Positions 40,068 through 48,642 of a stretch of DNA of 64,000 bases are shown here, in pieces; position 1 is the first letter of the stretch, and the number at the start of each line of letters is the position of its first letter. Where the stretch lies: positions 704,001 through 768,000 of the forward strand of contig JBPOGI010000002.1 of the NCBI GenBank assembly GCA_051251855.1, given 5' to 3'. The stretch is from Roseibacillus sp. (GTDB lineage: Bacteria; Verrucomicrobiota; Verrucomicrobiia; Verrucomicrobiales; Akkermansiaceae). The position numbers and the translations under genes are program-made. The notes under the pieces are model-generated. The model did no database searches, was not told the DNA's origin, and was given only the letters and a program-made list of their open reading frames with translations.

Positions 40068-41483
40068 TTAAAGTCCTCGGAGTTCTCTCGTGGCGTCGCC
40101 GATTTGCTTGGTGGGCGCGCCAACGCGTTTGAGCATGCCGTGGTAGAGGCTGGCGAGCGGGGTTCCGTCGCCAGCGTCGAGATGACGACCAGTCTTTAGT
40201 TGGCCATTGGCTCCTCCTCCGAGGATGATGGGAATGTCCTTGGTTGCGTGTTGGTTACCGTCGCGGATACCCGAGCCAAAGAGGACCATAGAGTTGTCGA
40301 GGAGGGTGGCGTTTCCTTCCGGAATGTCCTTCATGCGCTGGAGCATGTATGCGTATTGCTCGGTGTGCCAGGTGTTGATCTTTTGATACTGATCGAGTTG
40401 GCCCTTGTTGTTTTTATGATGAGAAATGGAGTGGTGAGAGCCATTGACGCCTTCGAGAAAGGAGAAGTTTTTCCCTGACACGGCGTTGCCAAACATGAAT
40501 GTCGAGACGCGCGTGGAGTCAGTCCAAAAGGCAAGGACCATGATGTCCATCATGAGGCGGACGTGTTCGGTGGGGTCGAAACGTTGGAGCGAGCCAAAGT
40601 CGCTTTTGCCCGAGCTGCCTCCTGCTTTATCGATGCGCTTGTTGAGAATTTCGAGTTGCTTGAGGGCCGCCGGGGTGAGGTTTTGACCAGCTCCGAGTTG
40701 GGAGGCTTCGTTTTCGATGCGACGTTCGACTTCGCGCAGGTTTTCGAGGTATTGATCCAGTTTATGGGTGTCTTCGTTTCCAAGGGAGCGCTTTAAGCTC
40801 TTGGCGTCTTCGAGGACGATATCGAGAATCGATTGGTCTTCGTTGCCGTTAGATGAGCGTCCTCCGGCTTTGTTTCGATTGCGGAAAATACGGTCGAAGG
40901 CCACGCGGGGATTGATTTCGCAGGGGAGGGGGACATCGGGCTTTTTCCAAGAAATGTGAGAGCCGTAGAGTCGGGTGAGATTGACGTTGCGGTCGATGCC
41001 TGAGCTGACGGGTTGAGTGCCGAGTTCCATCGAGGGAAGGCGTGTTTCGCGGCCGATGGCTTCGGCGGCGATTTGGTCAATAGAGATTCCGTTGGCACTG
41101 ACGTTCGAGCCCACGGTCTTTTCGATGGTGGTGCAGGTCAACCAGCTGGCGGTTTTGTAATAGTGACCGTCGCCCTTGTGAGAGGGTTTGTTTGTGAGGC
41201 CACTGATGACCGTGATGTCATTCTTGAGCGCTTCGAGAGGCGAAAGAATGGGAGAGAGCTCATAGCTAGTACCGGTTCCCTTGGGGGTCCACTTGTCGGG
41301 GCGAACGCCATTGGGCATGAAGAGACAAGCCATTCGGACAGGGTCACTGGTGGCTGCGCCGGGAGCCCCCAGAGCGCTCATGGGACGCATTGCTTCGAGG
41401 AAGGGGAGCGCTAAAGTGGCACCCATGCCTTTGAGGGTTTGTCGGCGTGAGAGTTGCCAGCGATTGGATTGGATGTTGGCCAT
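40068..41483 (-). CDS. DUF1552 family protein
   Basis: LSRRQTLKG.GA.LALPFLEAM, PNGV, ISIDQ, INPRVAFDR, TDSTRV.TFM, HH.ISHH, LLDNS. Confidence 0.88.
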   Translation of the reverse strand: MANIQSNRWQLSRRQTLKGMGATLALPFLEAMRPMSALGAPGAATSDPVRMACLFMPNGVRPDKWTPKGTGTSYELSPILSPLEALKNDITVISGLTNKPSHKGDGHYYKTASWLTCTTIEKTVGSNVSANGISIDQIAAEAIGRETRLPSMELGTQPVSSGIDRNVNLTRLYGSHISWKKPDVPLPCEINPRVAFDRIFRNRNKAGGRSSNGNEDQSILDIVLEDAKSLKRSLGNEDTHKLDQYLENLREVERRIENEASQLGAGQNLTPAALKQLEILNKRIDKAGGSSGKSDFGSLQRFDPTEHVRLMMDIMVLAFWTDSTRVSTFMFGNAVSGKNFSFLEGVNGSHHSISHHKNNKGQLDQYQKINTWHTEQYAYMLQRMKDIPEGNATLLDNSMVLFGSGIRDGNQHATKDIPIILGGGANGQLKTGRHLDAGDGTPLASLYHGMLKRVGAPTKQIGDATRELRGL

Positions 41484-41484
41484 G

Positions 41485-43347
41485 TTATTGGGTGCTTGAA
41501 CGATTGAGAAAGGGGCGAGATTGAACGACTTCGTGAATGAGGGTGTGCATACTGTAGTCCTCTTTTTCTAATTTGGCCACAATGCTCACGACCACGGCTT
41601 CATCGTAGTATTCGAGACCGCGTCCAGTAGCGTAGGAGAGCATCTTGCGGGTGATGTTTTGAGCGAATTTCTGTTTGCCTGAAATGAGGAGTTCTTTGAG
41701 TTCAGCGGGGGAGGAGAAGAGGAAGTCTCCTGGCATGAGGACGGCGCTAGAGTCGATCGGCTTTCCGTTGGCGTCCTTTTCTCTCCAGCGACCAATAGCG
41801 TCGAAGTTCTCAAGGCTGAATCCGAGGGGGTCGATGCGGGCGTGACAGTTGGCGCAGGCAGGTGCGCTACGGTGGATGTCGAGTTGTTCGCGAAAGGTCA
41901 GTCCGTCGGCCATGGTGTCGTCTGCGGGGAGTTCGCCTGCGTCAGGTGGTGGTGGTGGTGCGGGATCGCCGAGGAGAGCGTCGAGAATCCAGACGCCTCG
42001 CAAGACAGGACTGGTGCGCATGGGAAGAGAGGTAGAAGTGAGGACGCTGCCCATACCGATGACCCCGCCGCGTGACTTGTTGTGGAGAGTGACCTTTTGC
42101 AGTTCCTCGCCTTGGACGGATTCCTTGAGCCCATAGTGTTGAGCGAGAGCGGCATTGGCGAAGGTGTAGTCGCTATCGAGGATGTCGGTAATGGGACGGT
42201 CTTTTTGGATAATATGAGAGAAGAATTCGACGCTCTCGTAATACATCGCCTTGCGCAGGGACGGGCTGAAGCTTGGGAAGCGATCTTTGTCGGGGTCGAC
42301 TTCATCAATCATTTTGTCGAAACCAATCCATTGGCCCGCGAAGTGGCGAGGCAATGCGGTCGCCTTGGGGCTGGCGATCATGCGCAGGGTTTGTTCTTTG
42401 AGGATGGCGGGGTCACTCAGTTTTCCAGCGTCGGCAAGGCGGAAGAGTTCACGGTCCGGCATGGAGGACCAGAGGAAGTAGGAAAGGCGGGTGGCGATTT
42501 CGAAGTCGTTGAGCTTCCACTCTTCTTTGTCGGATTCGTTGTGCTCGGAGATGAAGAGGAATCTGGGGTTGATGAGCAGGGCGGTGAGGGGCGCGCGCAG
42601 GGAGTCCTCGTAGGACTTGCCTGCTTGCAAGCCACGCGTGAAGGCGTTCATCAGGGGCGCGATATCGTCGTCGCTCACACGGCGGCGGTAGGCGAGGGAG
42701 GCGTGGTAGCTGAGGACCGTTCTAGCTGATGCCGGAGCTTCCTTGGGTGTCTTCGGTTGTTCGAAGATGACGGTGCTTTTGAGCTTTGGGTTTTGATAAA
42801 CGGCGGCGACGACCTTTTTTGCGGCGGCGAGGTATTTTTCCAAGAGGGAAGGGCTGGAAAAGAGGGCGTCGGCGGTGTTGTCAAACCCTTCTCCTCCTGC
42901 ACCATCTGCAGGAAAGCCGCGGCTAGGATTGAAGTTCACTCCAAAGAGATCGCGAACGGTATAGTGATACTCGTTTCGGTTGAGGCGGCGCAAAGTGACG
43001 CGGCCGGCTTTTTGAGGGACGTCACCAGACTTGATGCGTGCGCTGATTTTTGAAAGGGCAGCGATGAGCTGTTGGCGTTCCTCGTCAGTGGGGAGGACGT
43101 CTTCATCCTCGGGAGGCATGTCCTTGTATTTGACTTGGTCGACGATGTTGTCGAGGAGGCCATGCTTCTTAAAGGCAGCATTGAGACTGTCGATGTCGTG
43201 CAGGGCGATGCCGCCTTTCTGCTTGGTTTCTCCATGGCAGGAGACGCAGTGCTTCTCGAAGAAGGGGCCGGTGGTCTCGGCGAAGTCATCCGCCCAGCCT
43301 GTGGTGAGGAGGGAGACTGAGAAGGCCAAGAATGAAAGCGTGCGCAT
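41485..43347 (-). CDS. DUF1592/DUF1588-type (PSD) heme-c protein
   Basis: CVSCH, LRRLNRNEY..TV.DL, GFDN, RLSYFLWSSMPD, TSPVLRGVW, CANCH..IDP.GF..ENFD..G. Confidence 0.88.
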   Translation of the reverse strand: MRTLSFLAFSVSLLTTGWADDFAETTGPFFEKHCVSCHGETKQKGGIALHDIDSLNAAFKKHGLLDNIVDQVKYKDMPPEDEDVLPTDEERQQLIAALSKISARIKSGDVPQKAGRVTLRRLNRNEYHYTVRDLFGVNFNPSRGFPADGAGGEGFDNTADALFSSPSLLEKYLAAAKKVVAAVYQNPKLKSTVIFEQPKTPKEAPASARTVLSYHASLAYRRRVSDDDIAPLMNAFTRGLQAGKSYEDSLRAPLTALLINPRFLFISEHNESDKEEWKLNDFEIATRLSYFLWSSMPDRELFRLADAGKLSDPAILKEQTLRMIASPKATALPRHFAGQWIGFDKMIDEVDPDKDRFPSFSPSLRKAMYYESVEFFSHIIQKDRPITDILDSDYTFANAALAQHYGLKESVQGEELQKVTLHNKSRGGVIGMGSVLTSTSLPMRTSPVLRGVWILDALLGDPAPPPPPDAGELPADDTMADGLTFREQLDIHRSAPACANCHARIDPLGFSLENFDAIGRWREKDANGKPIDSSAVLMPGDFLFSSPAELKELLISGKQKFAQNITRKMLSYATGRGLEYYDEAVVVSIVAKLEKEDYSMHTLIHEVVQSRPFLNRSSTQ

Positions 43348-43422
43348 CAAACACAGATACAAGGCCTTGATGCGGTCTATTTCATCAAAAATCGCCTCGT
43401 TCTTTGGTAGCGCTGGCCTTTT

Positions 43423-44337
43423 CTAGGCGACGGAGAGTTTTTGCTCGAGGTCGGTGAGTTCGGCTTTGTCCATGTAACCCATGAGGTTGTCTCGGTTGTG
43501 GACACGAGTATCGCTTTTGATGTGGGAGCGTTGTTCGAGGAAGGCGAGGAGATGCTCGCGGTATTCGAAGAATTTGGGGTCGTTGAAGATGGCTTCACGA
43601 TCGCGAGGACGAGGGAAGTCGATTTCCATGATTTCGCCAACGCCGGCTTTAGGGCCGTTCGACATCATGACGCAGCGGTCAGCCATGAAGACGGCTTCAT
43701 CGACATCGTGAGTCACGATCATGGCGGTGAGGTTTTCCTTGGCGAGAATGTCGATGATGACGTCTTGCAGTTCCATGCGGGTGAGAGAGTCGAGGCGACC
43801 AAAGGGTTCGTCTAGTAGCAGGACCTTGGGTTGGAGAGCGATGGCGCGGGCGATGCCGACGCGCTGTTGCATGCCGCCGGAAAGTTCCTTGGGATACTTT
43901 TTCATGGCATCTCCGAGGCCGACGACTGAAAGGGAGTGTTCGACGATTTGTCTTTGTTCAGCTTTGCTGGCGTGGGGATAGACGCTTTTCACGCCTAACA
44001 TCACGTTGCCGAATGCACTGAGCCAAGGCATGAGGCAGGGGGCTTGAAAGACGACGGAGCGGTCGGGGCCAGGGCCGTCAATCTCGCGGTCGCCGACGAT
44101 GATACCGCCGTCGGAAATCTCGTTGAGGCCTGCCAACATGGTGAGCACGGTGGATTTTCCGCAACCGGAGTGTCCGATGAGGGAGATGAATTCGCCTTGC
44201 CGGATGTTGAGGTTGAAATCCTCGACGACACGGAAGTCGTCCCCGTAAGGGTTGGGGTAAGCTTTGACGAGATTCGAGATCTCGACGAATTTCGGGTTCA
44301 GCTTTTCGGGCATTGGTTCGTAAAGTTCTAGACTCAT
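43423..44337 (-). CDS. Nitrate ABC transporter ATP-binding protein (NrtC/D-like)
   Basis: [35 protein letters not shown]. Confidence 0.9.
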   Translation of the reverse strand: MSLELYEPMPEKLNPKFVEISNLVKAYPNPYGDDFRVVEDFNLNIRQGEFISLIGHSGCGKSTVLTMLAGLNEISDGGIIVGDREIDGPGPDRSVVFQAPCLMPWLSAFGNVMLGVKSVYPHASKAEQRQIVEHSLSVVGLGDAMKKYPKELSGGMQQRVGIARAIALQPKVLLLDEPFGRLDSLTRMELQDVIIDILAKENLTAMIVTHDVDEAVFMADRCVMMSNGPKAGVGEIMEIDFPRPRDREAIFNDPKFFEYREHLLAFLEQRSHIKSDTRVHNRDNLMGYMDKAELTDLEQKLSVA

Positions 44338-45239
44338 GCTGCGGAGCGGGGTGTGCCGGGTTGAGCGGCTTTGTTCTTGAGGCGAGGAGTTCCCGAGATG
44401 GGTGTGAAATCTTTGGGCCGGACGTCGGGCATGGGAGTGACCTGACTGGTGGCGAGCTCTTTGGACTCCTTGTTCAGCTGCATCATAAAGGAGGTGATCT
44501 CCGACTTGAGGCGCATGTATTCGGGATGGTCATTGAGAGTTTGGCGATCGCGAGGGCGTTCCATGTTGACGACGAACTCTTTGGCGAGGGTGGCCTCGGG
44601 TCCCATGGTGAGCGGGATGATGCGATCAGCCATGAGGACGGCTTCGTCGACATCGTTGGTGATCATGACCACGGTGCGGCGGTCGGTTTCCCAGATGTTG
44701 AGGATTTGGTCCTGCAGTTCGGAGCGGGTGAGGGCGTCGAGGGCGGAGAGAGGCTCGTCTAGTAGGAGCACTTCAGGGTCGAGGGAAAGAGTGCGGGCGA
44801 GGGAGGCGCGCTGGCGCATACCGCCCGAAAGCTCGTGTGGATTGCGCTCACCGGCATGGCCCAGTTTGACCATTTCCACATAGTGGGCGATTTTTTCGTT
44901 GAGCTCGGCTTTGGAAAGCTTGGGGAAAGCGGTTTTGACGGCGAGCTTGATGTTGTTGTTCACCGTTAGCCAAGGAAGGAGGGAGTAGTTCTGGAACATG
45001 AGGCCCAAGTCGGGGCCGGGTTCGGTGACGAGTTTACCGTTCTTGCGAACTTCGCCGGTGGTGGGAGGCTGGAGGCCAGCGAGGAGGGACATTAAGGTGG
45101 ACTTGCCTGCTCCGGAGAATCCGATGATGGCGACGAATTCGTTCTCCTCCACAGCCAGATTGATGTCTTTGAGGACGACTGTTTGGTTGGTTGTGGGGCC
45201 GAAGGCGACCGATACGTCGTTGAGCTCAAGGTAAGCCAT
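44334..45239 (-). CDS. Nitrate ABC transporter ATP-binding protein (NrtC/D-like)
   Basis: [50 protein letters not shown]. Confidence 0.9.
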   Translation of the reverse strand: MAYLELNDVSVAFGPTTNQTVVLKDINLAVEENEFVAIIGFSGAGKSTLMSLLAGLQPPTTGEVRKNGKLVTEPGPDLGLMFQNYSLLPWLTVNNNIKLAVKTAFPKLSKAELNEKIAHYVEMVKLGHAGERNPHELSGGMRQRASLARTLSLDPEVLLLDEPLSALDALTRSELQDQILNIWETDRRTVVMITNDVDEAVLMADRIIPLTMGPEATLAKEFVVNMERPRDRQTLNDHPEYMRLKSEITSFMMQLNKESKELATSQVTPMPDVRPKDFTPISGTPRLKNKAAQPGTPRSAA

Positions 45240-45249
45240 GGTTCACCTC

Positions 45250-45307
45250 AGCTCATTGTGGGCCAGAAAGAAGGAGTGGTCGCGATTCTGCTATGAATAC
45301 AATTCAT
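45250..45307 (-). promoter_or_regulatory. Sigma54-type promoter plus AT-N11-AT box
   Basis: Minus strand TGGCCCACAATGAGCT (45265-45250); ATGAATACAATTCAT at 45293-45307. Confidence 0.75.
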
Positions 45308-45484
45308 GGATAGGGCTTGTATTCTTGCTGGGGGTTCATTTTGGTTGAAGGGGCGGGGTTGCAGGAGCTCGACGCGGAGTCATTGAGGCTGCGGAGTGGA
45401 AGCAGAAAATTTTCTGTTTTGAGTTTTGGTGAGACGGACCGGTGGGGCGGACTAAAGTTCCGTGGTCCGTTTGGGCCGGGTGCG

Positions 45485-45513
45485 AAAAAAAGCTCCGAGT
45501 GGGCTCGGAGCTT
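45485..45513 (-). terminator. Intrinsic terminator after globin gene
   Basis: AAGCTCCGAG-TGGG-CTCGGAGCTT with A tract on + strand (U tract on - strand). Confidence 0.8.
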
Positions 45514-45537
45514 CTTGAAGGGTGAATGAGATACTTG

Positions 45538-46059
45538 TTAGGCCGCTTCGCCGTATGATGCTTCTTTCATCACGGTGGCCAGAGTGGTATAGGTGATGGT
45601 CCAAGCTTCTTTGGTATCGGGAGTGAACTCGTCGCCGAGTCCTTTTTCGAGAGTGTCGAGGAGGGCTGCTCCTACCGTCTCGTAATGCTCTGCTTTGACG
45701 CCGTAGCCAACATGGCGTTTACCAAGGCTTTGGACAGCTGGGACAAGCTCGCCGAGGGTGTCGAGCCCCTTGACGGCAGCCCCGATCATTTGCATGAGCT
45801 TCTTGCCCTGTTCCTCCATGTTCGAGTCGGCAAACATCGGTTTTAAAGAGGGGTCGAGTTCGAAGAGTTTTCCGTAGAAGAGCTCTGCTGCGGTATCGGA
45901 GATAGGCTTCACTTTCTCCCAGGATTCCTGGACGAGATTTTTCTGATGAAGGGTCAAAGGGCCTTCGGGTTCGGTTTCTTCTGGCATTGGTTTGGTTGGT
46001 TCTGGTTTTGGGGGCTCAGTCGTGGAGCCGCCGAAGATTTTCTTAAAAAAGGAGATCAT
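45538..46059 (-). CDS. Single-domain globin (flavohemoglobin-type globin domain)
   Basis: LVQESW, FY.KLFELDP.LKPMF, Q..KLM, LG.RH..YGV..EHY..VG.ALL, AW...Y. Confidence 0.9.
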   Translation of the reverse strand: MISFFKKIFGGSTTEPPKPEPTKPMPEETEPEGPLTLHQKNLVQESWEKVKPISDTAAELFYGKLFELDPSLKPMFADSNMEEQGKKLMQMIGAAVKGLDTLGELVPAVQSLGKRHVGYGVKAEHYETVGAALLDTLEKGLGDEFTPDTKEAWTITYTTLATVMKEASYGEAA

Positions 46060-46125
46060 GATATGGAGAGAAGGAGCCCGCCATTGGGGGCTGGAGGGCT
46101 CCGTTGGTTAATTGTTTCGAGGAGG

Positions 46126-46518
46126 CTACTTTGGAGTTGCCAACATATAGTTGACGGCATTGGTCACTTCTTCGTCGGTGAGACTGGGGGTGCCTCCGCG
46201 AGCAGGCATCTCGCCATCGGGTCCTTGAAAGCCGTTGATGGCGTGATCAAGGAGAACGGCGAGTCCCTTCTCGGACCGAGTTTCCCATTCTTCCGCTTTC
46301 GCAAGGGAAGGGGCTCCTTCCTCTCCTTCGTCGTGGCATCCCGAGCATTCGATCTGGTAGATCGCTCGTCCGGCAAGGAGGTCAGGATCGGAGGGGATCC
46401 AATCCCACGGGTGCTCGGGCTTGATTTCCTTTTCAGTTTCAGCTGCTTCCTCTGGCGAGGATTTACAGGAGGAAAGGAAGGCGAGGCTGAAGCAGGAGAG
46501 GAGAAGAAATGGCTTCAT
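46126..46518 (-). CDS. Cytochrome c5-like lipoprotein
   Basis: Lipobox LSSC; CSGCH; GAP; HAING; MPARGG. Confidence 0.88.
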   Translation of the reverse strand: MKPFLLLSCFSLAFLSSCKSSPEEAAETEKEIKPEHPWDWIPSDPDLLAGRAIYQIECSGCHDEGEEGAPSLAKAEEWETRSEKGLAVLLDHAINGFQGPDGEMPARGGTPSLTDEEVTNAVNYMLATPK

Positions 46519-46542
46519 TATCCAAAGTATCCAGGTGAATTG

Positions 46543-47178
46543 TTAAGAGGTGGGGATACGGATGACGATACCTCCCATGACGTCGTTCTTCTTAAACTCT
46601 GGGTAGTCTGGTTGGCGGTTTTCGTGGTTGTTGTGGCATTCCCAACAAGCAGGAGCGACGGCTTTGTCGGGATAGATTCCAACAAAGTATTCTTGTCCGC
46701 CAATCTCTTCGAGTGCAGTCCACTTCTTTCCGTAATAATCGCTGGCAGGGTCGGATACCTCAGCGAGACCTTTCTCTACGGCAGGAGTTTTCTTCTTGGC
46801 GTTCTCCATGTTGAGGGGCCAAGTCGACTGAAGAGAGTAGGAGAAGTCAAAGGGCTTGCCTTCGACGGAGTCTACTTCTTCTGCGCCTTCGCGGAACATT
46901 TGAGCAGGGAGGAGGAGGGCTTTTTCTTCGGCCCATTCTTCGTGTGCTTTGATGACCTTCTCATCTCTCACGAGACGGTTGACGATCTTGGTCGCGTAGA
47001 CTTTGCGGTCTGACTTGAGCACGATATAGAGCGCTTCGGCGACGGCTTCGGCATCGTAGCCTCCATCGGAGCCGCTGCTGGCTTCTGAGTCTCCGGACTT
47101 ACAGGAAGCAAGTGCGAAGGCGAGGGTGGTGGTGCCGGCGATCCATGTGGGGCCGATCCATCTTTTATTCATTTTCAT
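46543..47178 (-). CDS. DUF3365/Tll0287-like mono-heme c lipoprotein
   Basis: ATG 47178; lipobox LASC; R.VY...IV, LPAQMF, YPD.AV..ACWECHN.H, DVMGGIVI.IP. Confidence 0.82.
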   Translation of the reverse strand: MKMNKRWIGPTWIAGTTTLAFALASCKSGDSEASSGSDGGYDAEAVAEALYIVLKSDRKVYATKIVNRLVRDEKVIKAHEEWAEEKALLLPAQMFREGAEEVDSVEGKPFDFSYSLQSTWPLNMENAKKKTPAVEKGLAEVSDPASDYYGKKWTALEEIGGQEYFVGIYPDKAVAPACWECHNNHENRQPDYPEFKKNDVMGGIVIRIPTS

Positions 47179-48634
47179 TTGGTAGTTTGGTTTGTTCTTC
47201 TTCGGGTGGGGTCGGGGTGGAACCGGCCTGTTCTTCTGAGGGAGATTCGAGGAATTTCTTGAGAGCGATAATCTCTTCGTTACCGCGCTCAATAGCGGCA
47301 TCGACGGTCCAGCTGATGCCGGGGTGCTCAATGGTGGGATGGCTGGCGAAGTTGCTCTTGATGAGCTTTTGGTCGGCGAGCGCGTTCATGGAGAATTGGA
47401 GTCCGTGGCAGTCCATGCAGACATTGCGCAACATCTTCTCGTTGGGAGTGAGGTTGGCGTTCTGGTTGTGATTGACGACGACTTGGCCCTCGCGCTCCTC
47501 GCGTGGCATGTGGCAGGTGGCGCAAGAGACTCCGGTGTTCTCTTCACCGGTGCCGGCGAGTTCGGCGAGCCAGAGTCGTGAGTGACCAGAGTTCAAGTAG
47601 TTCTTACTATGGTCGTCGTCGTGGCATTGAAGGCAGGCTTGTTGGGAGGCGAATTGACGGTCGTAGTTGTGGGGCTGATGGCAAGAGGAGCAAGAGAGGT
47701 CGCGATGTGCCGAGGAGGATTTCATAGGGCGTCGAGCTTGCTCGGGGGTCATCCCGGAGAGGCTTTGAGCGAGTCTCATGCCGTGCTTGCCTTTGAGGAA
47801 GTCGGTGACTTCGGGCTCGTGGCAGCTTTGGCAGGAGGAGTGGTCGGGGGATGGGACCCACGCACCGGTGGTGGGATGGTCGTGGCAGTCTGAGCAGTTT
47901 ACTCCTGCGTTGGCGTGGGCGGTGTGTTCCCAGCTGTCGTTAATGGATTGGTTGGTGAGTTGGGGGGCGGGAGCATCGGCGGTGGCGATAGTGAGGGGTT
48001 CACGCTTCTTATTTCCTTCGTCGAGCCACTTTTGCAGGGCATCGGCTTCGAGGAGGGTGCTTTCTGGAAGGAAGTCAGCTTCACCATAGTGCTTGAGGAG
48101 GAAGCTGGGGGCTAAGGCAACGTTGTCGTGGTAGTTGTGGCAGCCAGAGTCGGCGCAGGAATTGAAGGGGAGGAAGCGATGTGAATCGAGGTTGTCGAGG
48201 GTGACTTGATGGCAGTGGGCGCAGTAGTCAGGGGGGAGAGTTACGCCCATTTCGTGGGTGATTTTTTCGTTGTGCTCGGCGTGGCAGGCGACGCAGCTCA
48301 TGGCGTCCACGTGCTCAAGGTAGATGTGGTTGTCGGGGTTCTTAAACTTGCGGGTGGGGTGGGAGTCGCTGAAAGCGGTGAGGTCCTCGCCGTGGCAGTT
48401 GATACAGGCTGAGCTGGGGACGCCGGAGGAGGTGAAAATATTCTCGCTTTCTTCGTCTGTGTGGCAGGCGGCGCAGGCAAGCTCGATTTGGTAATGGCCG
48501 TGAGTGGTCTTGCCTGGGAGGAGGACGGTTTTGTCTTCGGCCCTGAGAAGGATGTGGCTCAACCACGCAGAAAGGCCCACTGTGACGATGAGCCAGAGTA
48601 GGATGCTTTTTCGTTTTTGAATCCAATGAGCCAC
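47165..48634 (-). CDS. Multiheme cytochrome c (10 CxxCH plus 1 CX4CH)
   Basis: N-terminal TM anchor; CAACH, CINCH, CVACH, CAHCH, CADSGCH, CSDCH, CQSCH, CSSCH, CLQCH, CATCH, CMDCH. Confidence 0.9.
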   Translation of the reverse strand: MAHWIQKRKSILLWLIVTVGLSAWLSHILLRAEDKTVLLPGKTTHGHYQIELACAACHTDEESENIFTSSGVPSSACINCHGEDLTAFSDSHPTRKFKNPDNHIYLEHVDAMSCVACHAEHNEKITHEMGVTLPPDYCAHCHQVTLDNLDSHRFLPFNSCADSGCHNYHDNVALAPSFLLKHYGEADFLPESTLLEADALQKWLDEGNKKREPLTIATADAPAPQLTNQSINDSWEHTAHANAGVNCSDCHDHPTTGAWVPSPDHSSCQSCHEPEVTDFLKGKHGMRLAQSLSGMTPEQARRPMKSSSAHRDLSCSSCHQPHNYDRQFASQQACLQCHDDDHSKNYLNSGHSRLWLAELAGTGEENTGVSCATCHMPREEREGQVVVNHNQNANLTPNEKMLRNVCMDCHGLQFSMNALADQKLIKSNFASHPTIEHPGISWTVDAAIERGNEEIIALKKFLESPSEEQAGSTPTPPEEEQTKLPNENE

Positions 48635-48642
48635 GAAGTTTT

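Noticed and set aside
47165..48634. NrfA-type ammonifying nitrite reductase
   Set aside because: No CxxCK motif, and heme number/spacing does not match
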